Source: Anaeramoeba ignava BMAN
Lineage: Eukaryota > Protista > Anaeramoebae
DNA: 64,000 nt
Direction of reading: 5' to 3'
Assembly: GCA_028826165.1 (NCBI GenBank)
Contig: JAPDFW010000059.1
Span: 1,736,927 to 1,800,926, forward strand
In this document: positions 1 through 13,483 of the stretch, piece after piece
How positions within the stretch are numbered: position 1 is the first letter of the stretch
How the letters are laid out: every line of letters starts with the position of its first letter
Program-made: the position numbers and the translations under genes
Notes under the pieces: generated by a model
The model's input: the letters and a program-made list of their open reading frames with translations, nothing else
What the model was told of the DNA's origin: nothing
The model's database searches: none

Positions 1-1779
1 TATCCCCATTTTCTATTTTATCATGATATACAAACTCTTCAATTGAAAAAGTTTCGAAATTATAAAATCCACATTTCATTGCTTTATATAAACCATTTAA
101 AACATCTAAAACTGTTAATGAAAATGTTTGACGTAAATATGAAGCGTCTCTAAAGCTAATTATTTTATCTATTTTTTCGAAAGGTTTAAAAGCTTCTTCT
201 GGTGTTTTTTCCATTGCAATCATCATAAATGAACAAATTAAAACAGCTGAGTTTGTAAAACTTTCTGGAGTATCAAGACAATAAAAGATGATTTTTTTTT
301 GAGTTAATTCTGGATCCTAAAAATTTATTTATAAAATTAAATTAAAATTTATAAAATTAAATTAAAATTTATAAAATTAATATAAAATTTATTTATAAAA
401 TTAAAATTCATTTATAAAATTAAATTAAAATTTATTTATAAAATTAAATTAAAATTTATTTATATTAAATTAAAATTTATTTATAAAATTAAATTAAATT
501 CATTTATAAAATTTATATTAAAATTTATTTATAAAATTAAATTAAATTCATTTATAAAATTAAATTAAAATTTATTTATAAAATTAAATTAAAATTTATT
601 TATAAAATTAAATTAAATTCATTTATTAAATTAAAATTAAAATTTATTTATAAAATTATATTAAATTTTATTTATAATATTATATTAAAATTTATTTATA
701 AAAATTAATATTAAATTTATTTATAAAATTTTAATTTAAATTCATTTATAAAATTTATATTAAATTAAAATTTATTTATAAAATTAAATTAAAATTTATT
801 TATAAATAAAATTTAAATTCATTTATAAAATTTATATTAAAATTTATTTATAAAATGTCATGTAAAAATTATATTTTTGTTTTACATTCATTTATAAAAT
901 TAAATTCATTTATAAAATTAAAATTTATTTATAAAATTAAATTCATTTATAAAATTAAAATTTATTTATAAAATTAAAATAAAAATTTATTTATAAAATT
1001 AAATTCATTTATAAAATTAAATTCATTTATTAAATTAAAATTTATTTATAAAATTGAATTAAAATTTATTTATAAAATTATATTAAAATTCATTTATAAA
1101 ATTATATTAAATTCATTTATAAAAATGTCATGTAAAAATTATATTTTGTTTTACATTCATTTATAAAATTAAATTCATTTATAAAATTAAAATTTATTTA
1201 TAAAATTAAATTAAAATTTATTTATAAAATTAAATTAAAATTTATTTATAAAATTAAATTAAAATTCATTTATAAAATTAAATTCATTTATTAAATTAAA
1301 ATTTATTTATAAAATTAATATTAAATTCATTTATAAAATTAAAATTAAAATTTATTTATAAAATTATATTAAAATTTATATATAAAATTTAAATTCATTT
1401 ATAAAACTAAATTTAATTCATTTATAAAATTAAATTAAAATTATTTATAAAATTAAATTAAAATTTATTTATAAAATTAAATTAAAATTTATTTATAAAA
1501 TAAAATTCATTTATAAAATTTATATTAAAATTCATTTATAAAATTTCATGTAAAAATTATATTTTGTTTTACATTCATTTTTTCAAATAAAATTTCACAA
1601 AATTTTGTAATTTGTGCTAAATTATAAGGTCCAAAATCATTTGCAAATGGTTGATAAATAAATTCATTCTCAATTGTAAAATAATGATCATTAGATTTTG
1701 AAGAATCAAGAATTATTTTTGAACAAAAGAAATATAATCGATTTTTTATAAAATCAAAGAAATGAACTCTTTTTAACAT
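1..1779 (-). CDS. CDC14: Cdc14-family dual-specificity phosphatase, N-terminal domain (exon 1 1779-1573, exon 2 316-<1; gene runs off the window)
   Basis: Exon 1 contains FIKNRLYF...YFTIENEFIYQPFANDFGPYNLAQITKFC, the Cdc14 DSPn signature. After a GT..AG intron (1572-317) the frame continues DPELTQKKIIFYC...NSAVLICSFM...FRDASY...LTVLDVLNGLYKA...ENGD. Confidence 0.9.
320..1545. repeat. AT-only degenerate minisatellite (TTTATAAAATTAAATTAAAATTTA-like) filling Cdc14 intron 1
   Basis: Directly visible tandem degenerate units of about 19-25 bp. Confidence 0.85.
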
Positions 1780-2040
1780 AATTATAAATTTAGCAAAAAG
1801 AAAATTGAGAAAAAAAAAATAAAAAATAAAATAATTTTGCGTTAAATTAATATAATTTAATCAATTTCTTTTGTGTTTTTATTTTATATTTTCTTTTTTG
1901 TTTTAAATCAACTAGAAGAATAAAAAGCAAAAAAAAGAAGAAAAATGAATTATTTAAATCTTATTTAAAAAAAAAAATAATTTATTTCAAAGTTATGAAA
2001 AATAAATTATTTGAATAACAAAACAAAAAAAAATATAATT

Positions 2041-5000
2041 TCAATTTGTTAGAAAAACACCAACAAGTAAATCACCATTTTGTAAACCAACAAATAAAAA
2101 TTGTCCAAATGAAGAAAAAGCTAAAGAAGAAATTCCACAATCCAAAACAAGATTATCAATTGAAGTAAGTGAATGCAGATGAAATAATTGGAGAACGGAA
2201 TCAGAAGCTCCAGTGATTAAATATTCTTCATCGTCACTAATTATCATTGATTGAATTTTGTTTGTGACAAAATTCTTATGAAGTAAATCTCCATTTATTG
2301 AATAAAGAAAAAGTGATTGATCTTTTTCCAAGAACATGACAATATATCCAAATTTGGGACAAATACGAACATTTGTAATTGGGATATTATTTTTGGGATA
2401 AATTGATCGAAGATATTCTCCTGATTTAAGTGAGTGAATCATCAAAGATCCATCTTTTGAACCTGAAACCACAATATCTAATTCACAATTGATTTTAAGA
2501 CAAGTAATTTCATCATCATGGCCTGTTAGAACATGAAGAGGTTTTCGAGGAATAATTCTGTTCAGATTTTTCAAGTTGATTTTCCAAATGATGATTGTTG
2601 TATCATATGATCCAGTTGCTAAATATGAATCTTGATCAATTGCTAAACAGGATACTATATCTTTATGATAAAAAATAGTTTGTATTAATCTTCCATCTTC
2701 TGTACAATTGATTTTGAAACTGTTATCCCAATATCCACAACTAAAAAATATTTTCCCATTTTTGGATAATGCAAATTTATTTTCTTCTATGATTTTTTCA
2801 TTAATAAATGAACATCCAATTCGATTTTGTGTTTTTGTTATTCGATCAATTTCTAAAATGAAAGGAAGGGATGAACTATTTGCTGATATTGCTTCTTTTT
2901 TAATTTCTTGTGAAGGATTTTGGTTTTGATTTATATTTTCATTTTTAATTTGATTTTGATTTTGATTTTCATTTTTAATTTGATTTTGATTTTCATTTTG
3001 ATTTTGATTTTGATTTTGATTTTGATTTTCATTTTCAATTTGATTTTCATTTTGATTTTGATTTTGATTTTGATTTTGATTTTCAATTTGATTTTCATTT
3101 TCATTTTGATTTTGATTTTCAATTTGATTTTCAATTTGATTTTGATTTTCAATTTGATTTTCAATTTGATTTTTATTTTGATTTTCATTTTCAATTTGAT
3201 TTTGATTTTGATTTTGATTTATATTTTGATTTATATTTTCAATTTGATTTTGAATTTGATTTTGATTTTGATTTTGATTTTGATTTTGATTTATATTTTG
3301 ATTTTGATTTTTATTTTCAATTTGATTTTTGATTTTCATTTGATTTTTTCATTTTCATTTTTTGATTTTGATTTTGATTTTCAATTTGATTTTCAATTTG
3401 ATTTTTATTTTGATTTTCAATTTGATTTTGATTTTGATTTTTATTTTCAATTTGATTTTCAATTTGATTTTTATTTTCAATTTGTTTTTGATTTTCAATT
3501 ATATTCTCATTTTCAATTTGATTTTGATTTTGATTTTGATTTTCAATTTGATTTTGATTTATATTTTCATTTTCATTTTCATTTTGTTTTTCATTTTGAA
3601 TTTGATTTTGATTTTGATTTTGATTTTCAATTTGATTTTGATTTATATTTTCATTTTGTTTTTCATTTTGAATTTGATTTTGATTTTGATTTTGATTTTG
3701 ATCTTCATTTTGATTTTCATTTTCATTTTGTTTTTCATTTTCATTTTCAATTTGATTTTCATTTTTATTTTCAATTTGATTTTCAATTTGTTTTTGATTT
3801 TCATTTTCATTTTCAATTTGTTTTTGATTTTCATTTTGTTTTTCAATTTGTTTTTCATTTTGTTTTTCAATTTGATTTTCAATTTGATTTATATTTTCAA
3901 TTTGATTTTGATTTTGATTTTGATTTTCAATTTGATTTTCAATTTGATTTATATTTTCATTTATATTTTCATTTTTATTTTCAATTTGATTTTGATTTTC
4001 AATTTGATTTTCAATTTGATTTTCATTTTCATTTTCATTTTGATTTTCAATTTGATTTTGATTTTCATTTTCATTTTCAATTTGATTTTCATTTTCATTT
4101 TCATTTTGATTTTCATTTTGATTTTGATTTTGTTTTTCATTTTCATTTTCATTTTCAATTTGATTTTCATTTTCATTTTCATTTTGTTTTTCATTTTCAT
4201 TTTCAATTTCATTTTCATTTTCAATTTGTTTTTCAATTTGATTTTCATTTTGTTTTTCATTTTCATTTTCATTTTCATTTTCATTTTCATTTTCATTTTC
4301 ATTTTCAATTTCATTTTCATTTTCGTTTTCAATTAAATTTTGTTTTTCATTATTCAAAATCTTTGGCTCTTGTTCTAACAATACAATTAATTTCTCTAAA
4401 TATTCTGCATTCTTTTGTAAATTTGGTTTAAATTTATGAAATCCTAATCTTCGATCTAAATCAAATGTTATTAAATAAAACCATCCAGAATCATTGGATA
4501 ATTGATATTGAAATGAAAAAGTTTGGACATTCGATAACCCAATAAATTTCAAAGAAGATTTTGGATGAAAAGATTCAGCTTTAATTTGGAACATTTCCAA
4601 TTTACTAAATTGATTTGCATCAAATTTTCTGAGGTTAAAATGATAAAAAAATCCATTTGAAGAATAAATTTGGGAAAGAGTCAAACGTTTTGGATGAGGA
4701 CGTTTAAATAATTGTATTGGAGTTTGTCCGAAATTTTTGACTTGAATTTTCAACGCAACAAGTTCCTGTTCGTCTTGAGTAGAATCAAAGTTGATATTGT
4801 TTTCATAAGTTGTATAATAGAATAAATTGTTGGCTTTAACTGCAGATTTTCCTTGTTGCTTATTTCCAAAAATAAGATCAATCCAGTTGTTGATATTTGC
4901 AGAAACATATTCACTTTCGAGAGCTTGGCGATGAATTCGGATAAAATCATGAGCATTTTTCGCCCATCGAGGCAGAATACAGTTATAAATTCGATCTCCT

Positions 5001-8000
5001 TGGTGCTTTACACCGAGATCAAGATTGTTGATGTTCATCAAGAAATCAGGAAGATAGAAAAACTCAGGAAGTAATTCTTTGAGATCTTGCAAGTCTCGCG
5101 TGCAATTTATCCATGAAGATCCGATTGAGTAAAAAATACGATCTGCAGAATCAAATTTTTCATCATGAACACGCAACGCAAGAGAAGTAAAAGGTTCAAT
5201 TCTGATTAAGAAGAAAGCAACAATTCCTGGATTGGAATAGTGAGATCCATAGTGGAAAGGCGGAATAAGCGTGTTTGATTGTTTGCACTGTTTGTATCTT
5301 TGGATATAATTTTCCAATCGTGTTGGATTAAGTGCGCCAATAGGAAGTGATAAATCCCGATACACTGAAGGATCGGAGAGATCTAATGTCTCGCTTTCGT
5401 ATTGAGAAAGGATCCATGGAAATACAGGATATTGAGAAACATCATTTGTTGATCTTCCTGAAAAAATATTCAAATGCATCAAATATTCAAAATTACTGAT
5501 CTGTCTTGTTTGCCAAAGTTTCGTATACTCCTCCTTCTGGAAACATTCCGCAGCATCACTCGAAATCGAATGATACATAAGATTGGGCGGATGAAGCATC
5601 AGAAGTTCATGATACACTTTGGATCGATTTTCAACTGAAAAATTCAAGAAAAAGGATTTTCCTGTTGTTAAAAATATCTCAAGTGCAGAATGGCAGAAAA
5701 GATATCTGCGTTTGTGGATTGCATAGATTGTTTTCACACGCCATGAGCGGTCTCCAGATTTCTTCGCACTTTCGTATTTTGGTTTTTGGACCGATTCTTT
5801 TTGCTCGTTGTTGTTTTCGTCTTCAGAATTTTGTTTAACGAGAAAAATTATTTTTTTGTGCGAAATTTGGATTTTTCCTTCAATTTCTTGATACATGTGA
5901 ATTAGTTGACAAGGAACAATTAAAATGATATCATTTTTATTTGTGATTGTTTCCTCGTTTTTTTCTGAAACTTCAAAATTTTCAGGAGATTTTTTTGGAT
6001 CCTGTGGTTCATTTTTCCAATCAATTTGCATATAAACATTGTCTTCAGGAAAAGTAAGAGGAAATGAATCAAGTTGTGATTCAGTTATTTTTTGCGATTC
6101 AAGAAGATCAATTGCCTTATACTTCGAAATTTTTTTGTCTCTTCTAATCGCAGCTATTTTATATTTGTGTGTATCCTTATAAGAAACTTTGGTCTTTCTT
6201 CTGCGATAAAGAGAATCTATGCGAGAATCAAGTCTCCATAATTTCTGTGAAGAAGATTCTTTACTGTCAAGATTTACACTCCAAGGTCCTCTTTCAGAGG
6301 TTAACCATCTTGCGCATTTTTCCCATAAATATCCTGAATAGTAGAATCTTTTCTGAGCAAAAGATTCTTCTTTCATGTTCTTCTTACGTTGGTTTTGGTG
6401 GATCTCAGAATATTTTTGATTTACTCGAAATTGGAAATTATTGCATGCTTCAGTGTCAATGAGAACTTGTTTTTTCACTGCTTGTCGAAGAATGGCGGCT
6501 TTTTCTTTCATTTCGGTCTTGATTGTTTTGAGTTTCTCATTTGTGAGGTTCTCAACTTCTGTGCGAAATTTGGTGAAAACCAGATCTATTGCTGGATTTC
6601 TATTATTTGTTTTAAATCCTGAAATCATTTGAATATCTTGAATATTTGGTTCCAAAATTGATGTGTTTAAATTTTTCACAATTATCCAGCATTTATCAAG
6701 AAGATCTCCAATAAGTTGTTGTATTTCTTCTTCTTGAGCATCTACAAGCCCATCATTATCAAGCCTATCCCATAAAGCAAGTACTAATTTCGTGTAAACT
6801 TGCGAATCAGAAAAATTTCTTGGTAATTCCTTTAAAGAAGGTTCAATTATAAATGATTTGATTTTCTTCAGTATTTCTTTTTGTGATGAAACTGACCCAA
6901 ATGCTTCAAGTAATAAATCGGAAACACTCAGAAAAAATTCTTGGTTTGTGGGTTTATCAAGCATATTCCGACGATTTCTAAAGAATCCAAAATTCTCAAG
7001 AAACTCTATCACTTTGAAAACGAGGAAATTTGTTTTTTCTTCGAAATTCCAATTTTTTTCCATTTTTTCATCTTTTTCAGGAATCACATCTTCATCTAAA
7101 TTTGCTTCCCAATCAGAAACATTTTTGGCAGCGATTGTACGCATAGAATACATATGGAGCTTTCCAAGAAACTTATTCTTCTTGGATTTTTCAACATCAC
7201 TTATATCTGTCATATTTTTTTGATTTGTGATATTTGTCCCGAATTTATTTGATTTAATGAGTATTAAAATTTTGCAAATAAGAATTCCCAGATGTGCAAT
7301 ATTTCCTCTTTCCATCTTTGTGATATTCGAGATTGCGGTGTTTGAATTGTAGCGTTTGGAAAGTTTATGGATCATTTTTAAAGATAAAAGATGAAGAAGT
7401 TTGTGGCGCTCTAAAGAAGTTAATTGCACTAATTTCTGAACAACAACGATAGTCTGATCGAAATCTGACCATCCGTTCTTGATCCCAATGCGATGAGTGT
7501 GGACATGGGTGAATATTTTGAGGATTGTATTGTTGAACTTCTCACGCAAAATATTCGCTCGTGATTTTGGTTTTTGAGGAAGGGATGTTTCAAGAGATTT
7601 TTTTATGAGTTTGAGCGGATTTGGATCAGATGAGACTAATGAAAAATCAAAGATCAAAATGAGTCTCTGACGCCAATTGATTTGGTTGAGTAAAATGGAA
7701 GTTGTATCGAGATTTTTTGTGATTAATTTGGATATCATTTTGAGTGTTGTCAAAGCGGGCTGATTTTTGTGTTTTGAGATTGAAGCAAGGAGAACAGACA
7801 ACACAGAAGGACGGCATATAGGCTGAGAGAAAAAGAGCCGTTCTTGATTCTTTCCAAACTCAATCTTTGTATCAAACATAAGAGAAAAGAGTATATTTGC
7901 GATCCGCCGCGATAAAGGTAAAGTAACAAGCAGCATGCCTATATATCGAACCCAATCCTCATCATCCTGAACAGGCTGCAAATTCAACGTCTTTCTTTTA

Positions 8001-11000
8001 TGCTGACTTGTTTGTGTGTGCCAAAATAGCATTTCAAGTCCGAATTCGCAGATGGAAATATTTGAATTTTCGATAAACATAAAAATAGTGTGAAAAAGAT
8101 CAGGAATCTGAGAAATCGCCTCTGGTTTGATTTCCAGAACGTGATGCGCGACTTGAAGCACTGAGAACATTGTTGTGTTATCTTTCTCACGCAGATAGAC
8201 ACAAGTATTGAAGACATGGACAAGATCACTTGGTGAAAATTCATTTTCCAAAAAATTCGAAATGGATTTAAGAAGAACAGATTGAAGATATTGAACATCC
8301 TGGATTGTCAACAGAGGCAAATGAGTCTTTTCTGGGTTGTTATCTTTTCTTGCCTTCATTGCGCGAGAAAAGTTTGTTGGAACAATCCAGTAATAAGCGA
8401 CTAGTATCCACATAAGTCGCGATACAGTGATCCAACATTTTCGAAATTTCATTTGGCGTCGATCGAACATTGCAGAGGATATTATGTTCAGAATCCCCTC
8501 TTGCACAGATCGCGCAGTGTAAATCCAAATGTCGAAATCTAAGATGAAATTCGCAATTAATTCCTCAAGAAAATGTGCCTCGCTAATCTCAGTAATCATT
8601 CGGTTGATATTTTCCACCATCGCAAATTCAATCCAATTTGGAGGTGTTTTTCGGAATATATAACACAAGATGCGGAATCCGCGCGCACGAACCATGTCGT
8701 CCTGATTGATAGAGCTGATAAGTAACGCCTCGGTTATCATCTCAAATACCAGTGAAAATGAGTGTTTATTTTTTTGATCCAAATTTTCGTTCTCATTCGG
8801 ATCAGATTTTGTTTTGATTAGTTGAACAAGCAATGGGAAGAATAATCTCATCCCTCCCACACAGTACAAAATATCCACAAAGTTGCACGTGAAACATCTT
8901 GAAAGCCCCTCAGTCTGTGCTTGTATCTCCAAAGACGAGTGCTTTGGACTTTGGTCAATGCAAACCCCGTTTTCACATGCTTTTGAATTGAAATTGAAAA
9001 AGATTTTTTCATTCAAAGATCTGGCAAATACGTTTGAAAAATGAGGACTTTTTTCAAAATTTTTCGACATTTCAACGGTTTGTTCTGAAGGATGAAACGA
9101 GGAGATGTATTTAGGCCCAAGTTCAAAAATGCCTCGAATTTGCTGAGAAGAAAGAATATCATCAAAAATATAAACGCATCCCATTTGTCCGAAAAAAAAG
9201 TTAGCGAGAACGAGTTCTTGTTTGTCTTCGCAAATATATCCAGCACCAATATGGTTTGAGCTCAAAGTTCCTGTGATTTTAGGAACATTTACAAGAATTC
9301 TTTCAGAAAAATTTCCGTTAAGATACACTCTGAATTCTGCAATTGTACGTTTTTGGAAGGAGATTGTAACAGCCAAGAAATGGTATCTGTGCGCAGAAAT
9401 TTTGCATTTTGTGGAGATTGCCACTGAGTTTGTTTTGCGGGGTTTTGAAAGAAAGTTGATACAGAGATTTGCATCATTGTCATCAATTAAGGACTGAGAA
9501 AGTGGATCAAGAAAAATTTCGATTCCTTGACAAGTGGGAGTCAATAAACTAAGGAGTCTCGGCTGGTAAATTTGTGTATGAATTGGGCTTGAAAAACTCT
9601 CCACTCTGAGCCATACTAAAAAGCTTATTCCCTTGCCTTCTATTGGTGGCCAAGATCCAAGAGAAGGTATTTTTAGACAAGATGTTCTTCCATCAAAATC
9701 GAAGAAAATTGGAGGTTCGTGCTTATTATTTGTGATCATCTGTTTCATTGCTCGAATAAAAAGTGCGGGATGTTTTGCTCTGTTTTGCTGAGAAAAGATA
9801 TGCAACTTTTTAAAAAGAAGTCTCAATTCAGGAACAGTTATTCGATGAGCTCCCAACACGCCTAATAAACTACTTAGAGCTTGGCCTATTTCGGGAGATT
9901 GCACGTGTTCGATTGTCTCGATAAGAATATTGATGAGACCAGCCTCGCAACAGGAGGATTTGTTGTGAACTGACTTGTTGCATATTGCTAACAACGTGTT
10001 TATCATTGAAGAAAATTTTTCATCTTCTTTTTTGGAAAACAAAGAGAAGAAAAGGAGAACAGCATCGGGAAGATCAATTGCGTAATTCTGATTGATATCA
10101 AAGGATCTATTATTGACAATCAAGTCGAGAATCATTGAATAAACAGAGTCCGAAGGCTCGTGATTTTCGGCTTCGTAAAGAAGAACACCAAGACTATCAA
10201 AACCATAATTATGTTTAAAATACTCAATATTTGTACGACTTCCTCGGAAAAGTCCAATTAAATTTTGAAGCACAATGTTCGTCATTTTGTTCCGAATTAA
10301 AGGGTTTGCTAATAAACTCAATAAAGAATCAAAAAATCCGACTTCTCTTAAGCCAGTTTGCAAAGCGATGGGATTCTGAACCACAACCGATGAAAGCAAA
10401 CGCGATATTTCAAGCAGAAAATTCAGTGAATCGTTTTCCACTTCTTGCTTTAAAAGCATATTTTGAAGATATCCTGTCATTTTGTCAACAAGAACTGAAA
10501 GGAAAATCCCTTGTTTTTCTTTTTCAGCGTTTTCTAGTGTCAAATCAACTGCAATTTGATGGATATGTTTCACTGCAAATTCGCGTGTTTCTGTGTCAGA
10601 AAGAAGATCCATTAATGTGTTAATTGTAATTGTGTCTTTGATAAGCGACGGCTTCACTTTCTCATTCAAAAGAACATGATCCAAAAGTTCGAAAATGGAA
10701 ATTTTTGCGAATTTTCTCATTTCTTTGATTTTCTGGAAATCCTCTTCATTTTCAGAACGAATTTGTTCCAAAACTTCCGATCCTTTAATTGAAAGAACTC
10801 TTGCAACAATACTTATTGTCGGAAGTGCAAAATCTCTAATAAATGGTTTTCCAATAATGTTCCCATTTTTGTGCATAATTGTAAGTAAAAGTTGTGATAT
10901 TTCATGAATTACAATGATGTTTGTTGTATTGCTTTGAAGAATATTAACAAGTGCTCTAATTTCTGCAAAATGCCGATTTTTCTTTCTCATTGCAAAAATA

Positions 11001-13350
11001 AATAGTAATGAAAAGATGATTTGTTTTATGAGCATAAATTTGTTTTCCTTGATATCTGATACATAATTCTATCGAATATTTAATTTTTTATTTTTAATTT
11101 TTAATTTTGATTTAATTTCTAATTTTGCTTTACTTTCATTGAAAGATCAGGATAAAATGATTCTGAAAATAATTTCCCCCAAAAATCCTCATTTGAAACT
11201 AAAAATTCATCTTCTTCATGAATAGTATTTGTTAATAATGAAAGCACATATAATTGCAACTCTGGTGAAAAATTTCTTATTTTTTTGCGAATGGTGGCAT
11301 TTTTTTCTGTATTTCGAAAATAGCGATTAAAAATATTCAAACAAATTGCAATAATTTTGATCCTTAAACTTGATTTCTCATAATTTGTTTTTTTATATTT
11401 TTCAGTTGTTGTTGTTTTTGATGTTCTTGATTTTTTTAGCTGGTTTCGATAGCTTTGAGTTGAAATATCTGATAAAACTTGGAATAATTGGTTCAAATAC
11501 ATACTTTGATAATATTTTAATTTGGGCATTTTTGTGTAAATTACTATTTGAGTTTTTGTGCGTGGATCTTCACAGATTTCAAGAAAATTATCGTCATTTT
11601 GAAGTGGATCTTGAATATTATTTGCAGTGTTACTTATTGATATTTGGAAATTATTTTCCCAAATATTTTTTTCATCTTTTAAATTTTCATTTTCTAAATT
11701 TTCATTTGAAATGATATTTTTTTCATCTTCTAGAAAAAAATTATTGAAAATATTCAAGATTAAATCACAAATAACTTCCAAATGCATATGCTTGCATACC
11801 AAGAATTCATTCTCAGTATTTTCTGAAATTAAAGAACGTAAAATTTGCAAATTCAATAATTTTGTTTTGAACCAATTTGACATAATTTGATCATGATTAA
11901 GAGGGCTATTAAACTCTATTAATTGCGGCAATATTTTCTTTTCAAAAGATTCTGATGAATCCGATGTTCCTTGATAACAAAAAAATTCCTTTCTTAATTG
12001 ACTTAGTTTGACTTGATCATCAATATCAATATGTGAATCAAATGATAAAATTGTTCCTAAACTTATCAATGAATCATTCAAAGGTTGAAGAGCATTTCTG
12101 AAAATGTAATCAAGTATTTTATTGATCCATTTTGGTTTGATTTTTGAATAAGAACCCAAAATTATCAATAAATTGATTGTGTGAAAAAGAATATTAAAAT
12201 GAGCCTCTGTAAGACAAACAATATTTTCGAAGGAAGTTATATTATCAACAAATGCTATTTTGTTTTTTGTTATTTATTTTTAAAATCCTCTCCAATTTTC
12301 TTATTGCTTTTTTTTTTTTTTCTCTTTAAAAAAAAAATACCTAAAGCAAATTCAATTAATTCTTCAAATTCAGATTCCATTTGAAGTATTTGTTCAATAT
12401 AAATTAAAAAAATTTGTAATAATTTCTCAATAAGGTATTGAATAAAAAGAAAATTTCTTTTTCTTGATTCTTTAAAACGTTGATCTTTTTCATCTATATG
12501 TGTTCGAATCTTTTTAGAAAGATTTAATTTAAATTTAATTTAAATTTTAATTTAAATTTGATTTAAAACCTTTTCAATAATTTTAGAATATAAAATAATA
12601 GCAGGCTTTGTTAATTCTGCTAAAATAAAACATAAATTATGCTCTAAAAAAAATAATTGATTAATTTTGGAACGAGATAATATCATTAACATTTCTAATG
12701 AAACTGCACTAAAATAAAGAGAAAAAGAACTTTGTTCAATTTTTTTCCTCATTTGTTCTTGATTTTTAGTTTCATTTTCTGATTGAGTTGAATCACTTAT
12801 TGATTTTTCTTTTAATTCTAAATTTAAAAGAAAAATGAATATTAAAAAATTTTTTAATAAAGAATAAATAATTTTTTTTACTTTCAAAAAGTAAATTGCA
12901 AAATTGTTTTAAAATTGTAATATTTGCTAAAATTAAGTCTTTTGGATGACAAGCATCTTGTTTTATTGCTTCTTGAATAAATTCTTCATTTTGTATAATA
13001 TCAGAATTGATTTTAAATTGATTTTTTAGTGGAAATGAAACTGGAAACCAATTTTGATAAGTATCAATAAATTCTAATGAAAATTTATAAAACCAATTTG
13101 ATAAAGAAATCTTCGATATAAAGAATTGTTTATTAAAAAAAGTTTTAAATTAATTTCTTTGTTTTGTTTATTTTGTTTATTTTTTAATTTTTACTGCTTC
13201 TATAAATTGATCTTTTTTAATATATAAATTTATTAAATTTTCATTTCCTAAAAATTTTGGAATTAAATTTCGATCTTCTTTTTGTAAAGAAGGTTTTCTT
13301 GGTTTATTTTTATTTTTATTCTGATTCTTTGGAGAATTAGTTTTTTTCAT
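2041..13350 (-). CDS. BEACH-domain protein (neurobeachin/NBEAL/Lvs-like): ARM region, ConA-like domain, PH-BEACH, WD40; multi-exon 5' end
   Basis: ORF 3317-11035 has ConA-like (FFDFDG...WLRVE...FFGQMG), PH (KRRYLFCHSALEIF) and BEACH (ISNFEYLMHLN, QYPVFPW, HYGSHYS, ELLPEFFY, NFGQTPIQLF) motifs. ORF 2041-3339 has the WD40 tail (SCGYWDNS, ATGSYDTTIIIW, GHDDEI). Upstream exons include 11119-12168 and ~12580-12820, with a probable ATG at 13350. A frame break near 3340 falls inside the repeat. Confidence 0.9.
2920..4350 (-). repeat. Coding hexamer microsatellite (AATCAA/AATGAA/ATTGAA)n encoding an N/Q/E/I tract of about 470 aa between BEACH and WD40
   Basis: Visible tandem repeat, translated as NQNQIENENE in both BEACH ORFs. 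Confidence 0.9.
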
Positions 13351-13483
13351 ATTTTTATTTATTAAAAAGAAAAAAAAGAAAAGGAAAAAAATGAAAAACG
13401 AAAAATGAAAATTAATTTTTTTTTTAAAATTTTTTTTTCTCTTTTGTTTGAAAGAAAAATTTTCTCAATTAATTGGATTTAAA

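Noticed and set aside
2920-4431. Long ILILIF, FDFDF and MKIK ORFs (also 30081-30881, 38212-38671, 43912-44121, 54105-54518, 57403-57780, 58564-59018)
   Set aside because: Antisense or alternate-frame readings of simple repeats that lack stop codons.
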